DNA from: a bacterium
GTDB lineage: Bacteria; UBA8248
Direction of reading: 5' to 3'
Assembly: GCA_965221165.1 (NCBI GenBank)
Contig: CBDCRP010000003.1
Span: 1,728,001-1,792,000 of the forward strand
Length of the DNA: 64,000 nt
The position numbers and the translations under genes were made by a program. The notes beneath the pieces are model-generated. The model ran no database searches, was not told where the DNA came from, and was given only the letters and a program-made list of their open reading frames with translations. How positions within the stretch are numbered: position 1 is the first letter of the stretch; every line of letters starts with the position of its first letter. Shown here piece after piece: positions 58,500 to 64,000 of this stretch.

Positions 58500-58797
58500 C
58501 GCATCTCCCCGCATTTGCGATGCCGGAGAGATTTCGGGGTTTCGGTATCGTGCGGCCGCGCGTGATGTCGCTGCGCGCAAGTGGATATCTGAAAATAAGT
58601 GAAAAAAGGTGAAAATATCTGAAAAAAGGGAAAAATAAACGGAGCGGATGTAGCCTTGTAAGGTATTGAAATAAAATGCTTTTTGATAAAAATTTGAGTG
58701 CATGTCGCTCAGATAAGGCACCAAAAAAAAATTTCAGCCTCCGCATTTGCCCGCAAATTCGATGAAACAGGCGCAAGGCGGCGCATTTCCCCGCAGG
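58500..58797. repeat. 10-bp-phased arrays (CGCA units and A-tracts) with an IHF-like site
   Basis: CGCA at 58500, 58510, 58742, 58752, 58772, 58782, 58792; TGAAAA at 58590, 58600, 58610, 58620; TAAGGTATTGAAA at 58659. Confidence 0.65.
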
Positions 58798-58972
58798 TCC
58801 TCCACCTCCCGTATCCCCCCGAACGGCCCGCCGCCCCAGCCCCTCAAAAACCGGGATGGATTCTCGAGCCGAAATGGGTGATAATGCGGGCTTCCAACAC
58901 CAGGAACAGTATTCAAGTTTCTCGGTTCGCATGAAGCGAGGGGCGTATCTTTTCCAACCAGGAGGTAAGCAG

Positions 58973-59944
58973 ATGAAAATGTATCGTACCTTGTGTCTTG
59001 TTCTGATAGCCGTTTTCGCCGTCGCATTCCCGCTGCAGTCCGCTTCGGCCGCTTATCCCGATAAGCCGATTCAGTTCATCATTCCCTTCGGCGCGGGCGG
59101 TGGCGCGGACATCGAGGGCCGACTGCTCGCCAAGGGGATGGCGAAAGAGCTCGGCGTTCCCGTTGTGGCCATCAACAAACCGGGCGCGGGCGGCGCCGTT
59201 ACCTATACCTTCGTGAAGAATTCCAAGCCCGACGGCTATACCGTGGCCTGGAACTCCACCTCCGTCCTCACCTCCACGAACATCGGAAACGTGCCTTGGG
59301 ACTACACGGCGCTCGATCACATCGGGCGGGTCCACTTCCAGCCCCTGGTGGTGGCGGTGAACGCCAAGTCGAAGTGGAAGACGGCCAAGGATTTCGTGGC
59401 CGACTGCAAGAAAAAGCCCAACACGCTCAAGATCGGCCACGCGGGCACCGGCAGCACCACGCATCTCACGGCCGTCGTGTTCACGAGCATGACGGGATGT
59501 AAGGCCATTCTCGTTCCCCTGGGCGTCAAGCGCCGCAACGCAGCGCTTCTGAGCGGCGAGGTGGACGCCATGGGAGCGCCTCTCACGGGGGCGATTCGTC
59601 TGGCGAAAGCGAACAAGTTCCGCATCATCACCCACATAACGGGCAAGCGGAACCCGGCGATCGTGGACGTGCCCACCATGAAGGAAATGGGCTACGACAT
59701 CTCCTTCGACCATTTCCGCGGCCTCAGCGTGCCCAAAGGAACGCCCGCCGCCGTGAAGGCGAAACTCGTCGACGCCATGACCAAGGCCGCCAACTCGGCG
59801 GCTTTCATGAAGCTTGCCAAGACGAAAGGCTTCACGATCGACCCGAGCGGGCCGAAAGAGTTCGGCAAAATGCTCGCCAAGCGCGACAAGATTGTCGCCG
59901 ACATCATGAAGGCGACGGGTATCTACAAGTCCAAGAAGAAATAA
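58973..59944 (+). CDS. tctC: TctC/Bug family substrate-binding protein
   Basis: Signal peptide, YPDKPIQFIIPFGAGGGAD, NKPGAGG, KPDGYT, DVPTMKEMG; AGGAGG RBS. Confidence 0.92.
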   Translation: MKMYRTLCLVLIAVFAVAFPLQSASAAYPDKPIQFIIPFGAGGGADIEGRLLAKGMAKELGVPVVAINKPGAGGAVTYTFVKNSKPDGYTVAWNSTSVLTSTNIGNVPWDYTALDHIGRVHFQPLVVAVNAKSKWKTAKDFVADCKKKPNTLKIGHAGTGSTTHLTAVVFTSMTGCKAILVPLGVKRRNAALLSGEVDAMGAPLTGAIRLAKANKFRIITHITGKRNPAIVDVPTMKEMGYDISFDHFRGLSVPKGTPAAVKAKLVDAMTKAANSAAFMKLAKTKGFTIDPSGPKEFGKMLAKRDKIVADIMKATGIYKSKKK

Positions 59945-60042
59945 TGGCGCCAATCGTGTGAAACATGGGGGCCGCCTCCCTCTGAAGCGAGGGGGCGGCC
60001 TTCATTTTCGGGGTTTTTTTCTCTTCGTGGGGCAGATTCGCG

Positions 60043-60525
60043 ATGGGTCTGAGAAATATCATAGGCGGGGTATTCATTCTCGGTTTTACGCTCTACTACG
60101 GCGGTCTCGCCACCCTGCTTCCAAAGCGCACCACGACCGACGCGCCTGGGCCCCATTTTTTCCCCTACCTGATCACCGTCTCGATACTCTTCCTCACCGG
60201 GGTGCTCCTCCTCCAGGGAGTGAGGGGACTGAAAGGATCCTCAGGCCTCGCCGATCTGATGCCTGAGAAATCCTCTTCGAATGAAAATTACAGCATCACG
60301 CGCGCAGTGGCCGGGTTGCTGCTCACGGGCCTTTATTTTTTTGCGCTTTCCATGTTCGGGTTTTTCTGGGCCACTCCCGTTTTCTTCGCCGCCCTCATGT
60401 GGGTGACGGGGGAGCGCCGCCCGCATATTCTTCTCGGTCTGGCGATTATCGTTCCCATGTTCTTGTTCTTTTTGTTCCGCGACCTTTTTCAGCTTCCCCT
60501 CCCGAGGGGAAGTTTTTTTGGATGA
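60043..60525 (+). CDS. tctB: TctB family protein
   Basis: PGPHFFP, four TM segments, FQLPLPRG. Confidence 0.85.
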   Translation: MGLRNIIGGVFILGFTLYYGGLATLLPKRTTTDAPGPHFFPYLITVSILFLTGVLLLQGVRGLKGSSGLADLMPEKSSSNENYSITRAVAGLLLTGLYFFALSMFGFFWATPVFFAALMWVTGERRPHILLGLAIIVPMFLFFLFRDLFQLPLPRGSFFG

Positions 60526-60531
60526 TGCAAG

Positions 60532-62040
60532 ATGAACGGTGACATGCTTCAGGGCTTCTACCTCGCTCTCGCGCCGACGAGCATCCTGGCCACCGCCCTG
60601 GGCGCGCTGCATGGCCTCATATGCGGGATGATGCCGGGCCTGACGACGAGTGCGGGCATCATCATCCTGTTTCCGGTCACCTTCATCCTGGAGCCGACCA
60701 CCGCCGTGGCGCTGCTGCTCGGCGTATTCGCGGGCGGAATGACGGGGGGAAGCTTCGCCGCCATCCTCATCAACATCCCGGGTTCGCCGTCTGCTTCGGC
60801 CACCACGATGGATGGGTTCCCCCTGACCCAGAAGGGAGAGGCCGGCCGGGCGCTGGGAATTTCCATCGTCTCGAGCTTCACCGGCGGTCTTTTCAGCTTT
60901 TTCTGCCTGGTGTTGATCGCTCCCCAACTCACGAAAGTGGCCCTTCAGTTCCGTGCGGCCGATCTGTTCGGGCTGGTCTTTTTCGGTATGTCCGTCATAT
61001 CCGCCTTCGCGGCGAAATCGCTCGTGAAGGGACTCTTGTCCACTTTTCTCGGCCTCATGATCGTGACGGTGGGGATGGATCCGCTCGTGGGGACGGCTCG
61101 TTTCACCTTCGGCGACGTGAACATGCTCGCGGGCATCCACTTCATCCCCGCTCTCGTGGGCCTCTTCGCCATTCCGGAGATAGTGGCGAACCTGGCGGAG
61201 GGGAACATTCGCTCGGTCGCCTCGAGATTCGGCCGCGTGTTTCCCAGTTGGGAAGATATCAAAAAGATTCGTATTCCGGTGGCCATCGGCTCCATCGTGG
61301 GCACGTTCGTCGGCATCCTGCCGGGAGCGGGCGGCCCGATAGCCGTTTTCGTGAGCTACGACTACGCCCAGAAAGCCAGCAAGGAGCCCGAAAAATTCGG
61401 CAAGGGTTGCATAGAAGGGGTGGCCGCTCCCGAATCGGCGAACAGTTCCATCGCAGGCGGGGCGCTCATTCCCATGATGACGCTGGGTATTCCGGGCGAT
61501 CCGATAACCGCCATCCTCATCGGCGCCTTGCTGGTTCACGGGATGGCGCCGGGGCCGCTGCTTTTCGTGGAGCAGGGCCCTTTTGCGTTTTCCGTGCTTT
61601 TCTCGTATTTCATCGCGATTTGCAGTACGGCGCTGGTCGCGTTCCTGGGGTTGCGGCTCATCGTGAAACTGCTCTCCATCCCCCGCTCGCTCCTTCTTCC
61701 GATCATCGTCGCCTTGTGCGTTCTGGGGACGTATGCGCTGAGAAATTCTTTTTTCGACATCTACGTCATGTTCTTTTTCGGCCTCGTGGCGCTCTCGTTC
61801 AAGTGGCTCGATATTCCGGTCGTCCCCATGTTGCTTGCGCTCGTGCTGGGCAGGCAGTTGGAAGAGCACTTGCGGGTCGCCCTCGCCGCATCGAAAGGCG
61901 ATGTCTCGATTTTCTTCACTTCTCCGTGGTGTCTGGTTTTCCTCTGCCTCTCGTTGGTCTCTTTCGCCTGGCCGTTCCTGCTCGAGTGGAGAATCAGGAA
62001 CAGAGCGCGCAAGAACGCATCCATCCCTTCCTCCGCATAG
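60532..62040 (+). CDS. tctA: TctA family permease
   Basis: GMMPGL, ILINIPGSP, APESANSS..GGALIPMMTLGIPGD. Confidence 0.92.
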   Translation: MNGDMLQGFYLALAPTSILATALGALHGLICGMMPGLTTSAGIIILFPVTFILEPTTAVALLLGVFAGGMTGGSFAAILINIPGSPSASATTMDGFPLTQKGEAGRALGISIVSSFTGGLFSFFCLVLIAPQLTKVALQFRAADLFGLVFFGMSVISAFAAKSLVKGLLSTFLGLMIVTVGMDPLVGTARFTFGDVNMLAGIHFIPALVGLFAIPEIVANLAEGNIRSVASRFGRVFPSWEDIKKIRIPVAIGSIVGTFVGILPGAGGPIAVFVSYDYAQKASKEPEKFGKGCIEGVAAPESANSSIAGGALIPMMTLGIPGDPITAILIGALLVHGMAPGPLLFVEQGPFAFSVLFSYFIAICSTALVAFLGLRLIVKLLSIPRSLLLPIIVALCVLGTYALRNSFFDIYVMFFFGLVALSFKWLDIPVVPMLLALVLGRQLEEHLRVALAASKGDVSIFFTSPWCLVFLCLSLVSFAWPFLLEWRIRNRARKNASIPSSA

Positions 62041-62280
62041 AAAGCGCATCGGTTGGTTCCTTTGCGCTTGAACCGGAGAAAGATTCTCGCGGCGTTTCAG
62101 TCGCAGCCGCTCTGATGAGAACTAAAACGAAAAACGCGGCTCTTGACCCTGAATCGAGGCTCATCTAACCTTCTCTTCACGGTGAAAACAAATTTCCTCT
62201 AACTTCCAGTTTTCGGTCTCGAACGGGTCTGATTCCGGCAATTTGGATTCGTAAGTTTCCATTTTCAAAGGGGGCTTCTC

Positions 62281-63501
62281 ATGTCTGGCTTTTGGAAAAA
62301 AGTGTTTATCGCCGCAGTAATGTCACTGGCGATAGTTTCACTCGGCGCGTCCGCCTCGTTTGCGGCGAAAACCATCAAGATCGGCGCTCTCTCTCCGCTG
62401 ACGGGTCTTTATTCCATCGTGGGGAAAAGAACGAGCCAGGGCATCAACCTGGCCGTCAAGGAAATCAACGACGGGGGCGGCGTTCTGGGCCATAAGGTCG
62501 AGGCGCTGATCCGCGACTCGGAAACCAACCCGGCGAGTTCGGTGCGCACCGCGAGACGTTTGATTCTGCGCGATAAAGTTTTCGCCCTGCTCGGTCCGCT
62601 GCACGGCGGAGCGGCCATCGCCGTCTTGCAGGAATCGAAAAAGCTCAAGACGATGAATTTCCCCTGGGCGGCGACCGAGGAGATCAACACGAAATTCTGC
62701 AGCCGCTACACCTGGCGCGTGGGAAGCAGCGCGCAGCAGACCTCCCGCGCGGGCGCCGTCATCGCCCACCGGCTGGGCTATAAGACCTGGGCGACGATAT
62801 CTTCTGATTTTTCATACGGCCGCTCCGTCGTTCGGCAGTTCTGGAACTATCTCAAGGAGCGCGATCCGGGTGCGAAACGCCCCTATGCGGCTTGGCCAAA
62901 GCTGGGTGAGAACGATTACTCCGCCTACATCAACAAGATGCAGAAGGCGAAGCCGGATGCCATCTACGTCGGCCTGTTCGGTGCGGACCTCATCAAGTTC
63001 ATGAAGCAGGCCCGCTCCTTCGGGATGTACGAGAAGGTGAAGATTTTCACCGATTTCGGCGGCAACCACGTGTTGCTCAAGGCGCTGGGCGATCAGGCGC
63101 CTTTCGGGCATTGGGCGAGTTCGCGCTATCTGCACAACTATCCGGTTTCCGCGGGCAACAAGCGCTTTGTGGACAATTTCCGCAAGGCGTACAACGTATA
63201 TCCGGACATGATGGCCGGCGAGGCTTACTCGACCGTCCACGTGATTGCGGAATCCATCCGCCGCGCCGGCGCCGTGGACAAGGAGAAGGCGATTGACGCC
63301 ATGGGCGGCGTCGCTTTCAACGCGCCAGAGGGATGGATCATCATGCGCCCATCCGATCACCAAGGGTGGCAGTCGAGCTTCTGGGGCGTGATTTCAAAGA
63401 GTAAGAAATATCCTTTCCCGATTCTCTCGAACATTCAGGTGATATCTCCCGTCGAGGGTTCTCACCCCGACGAGAACACGGGCCAGGGTTGCCGGAAATA
63501 A
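62281..63501 (+). CDS. Branched-chain amino acid-type ABC substrate-binding protein
   Basis: Signal peptide, IKIGALSPLTG, AVKEINDGGGVLG, DFSYG, KPDAI. Confidence 0.9.
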   Translation: MSGFWKKVFIAAVMSLAIVSLGASASFAAKTIKIGALSPLTGLYSIVGKRTSQGINLAVKEINDGGGVLGHKVEALIRDSETNPASSVRTARRLILRDKVFALLGPLHGGAAIAVLQESKKLKTMNFPWAATEEINTKFCSRYTWRVGSSAQQTSRAGAVIAHRLGYKTWATISSDFSYGRSVVRQFWNYLKERDPGAKRPYAAWPKLGENDYSAYINKMQKAKPDAIYVGLFGADLIKFMKQARSFGMYEKVKIFTDFGGNHVLLKALGDQAPFGHWASSRYLHNYPVSAGNKRFVDNFRKAYNVYPDMMAGEAYSTVHVIAESIRRAGAVDKEKAIDAMGGVAFNAPEGWIIMRPSDHQGWQSSFWGVISKSKKYPFPILSNIQVISPVEGSHPDENTGQGCRK

Positions 63502-63577
63502 TCATCACGCGTGAAGCCATAGACGCCCCGGGGAGTTTCCGGGGCGTTGCTTCACCTTTTTCTGGAGGCCCGGGCGC

Positions 63578-64000
63578 ATGGAATTGGACGTCAGTTTTTG
63601 GTTGACCCAGTTTTTGAACGGGTTGGCCAACGCGATGGTTCTCTTCCTGATCGCCTCGGGCCTGACGATTCTCCTGGGCGTCCTGGGCGTCCTGAATCTG
63701 GCCCATGGTTCGTTTTACATGCTGGGCGCTTTTCTGATTTTCTCGAGTTCGCTCATCAAGAATCCAAGCTGGTTCTGGGTGGGTCTGCTCCTGGCGCCCC
63801 TCGTGGTGGCGGGGTTTGGAACCATCATCGAAGCCTTTTTCCTGCGCCCTCTCTATCATCGCGAAAGACTCTACACCCTGCTTTTAACCTATGGCTTCAC
63901 ACTTATTCTCGATGACCTGGTTTTGCTGATTTGGGGCCGGGATTACAAGTCCGTTCCCATTCCCGCGCTGTTCGAGGGCCGGATCTCCATCGGGGATTTC
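63578..64000 (+). CDS. LivH-like ABC permease, runs off the window
   Basis: MELDVSFWLTQFLNGLANAMVLFLIASGLTILLGVLGVLNLAHGSFYMLGA; GGAGG RBS; open to the window end. Confidence 0.9.
   Translation, partial: MELDVSFWLTQFLNGLANAMVLFLIASGLTILLGVLGVLNLAHGSFYMLGAFLIFSSSLIKNPSWFWVGLLLAPLVVAGFGTIIEAFFLRPLYHRERLYTLLLTYGFTLILDDLVLLIWGRDYKSVPIPALFEGRISIGDF

Overview
A GC-rich bacterial chromosomal window dominated by solute uptake and catabolic genes, with no rRNA, CRISPR array or intact transposase/integrase. Transport: two SsuA/TauA-type ABC systems, two TctABC systems, a carbohydrate ABC system, a TRAP system and the start of a Liv-type ABC system. Catabolism: two M20 hydrolases, an AtuA-like/DUF4387 pair, RidA, hydantoinase/oxoprolinase A and B, an LLM oxidoreductase, an aryl-CoA ligase and two Zn alcohol dehydrogenases. 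It also holds a complete phoB-phoR-pstSCAB-phoU locus, a PFK with the PPi-type signature, pyruvate carboxylase and tRNA-Ser(GGA). The most unusual signals are non-coding or structural: (1) a self-contained ~175-nt unit beside the tRNA, with promoter, a 16-nt perfect complement of the 16S rRNA 3' end, a 12-codon ORF, a branched RNA fold and a terminator; (2) dispersed arrays phased at 10 bp (CGCA repeats plus A/T tracts) next to rearrangement scars; (3) pyc between two diverged ~300-bp direct repeats that duplicate a permease 3' end; (4) Pho-box-like arrays upstream of pfk as well as pstS; (5) a membrane-anchored 14/18-residue repeat protein gene lying antisense between hydantoinase B and A; (6) a MITE with a target duplication inside a REP-like element. 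Product calls come from motif recognition by eye; no database search was run.
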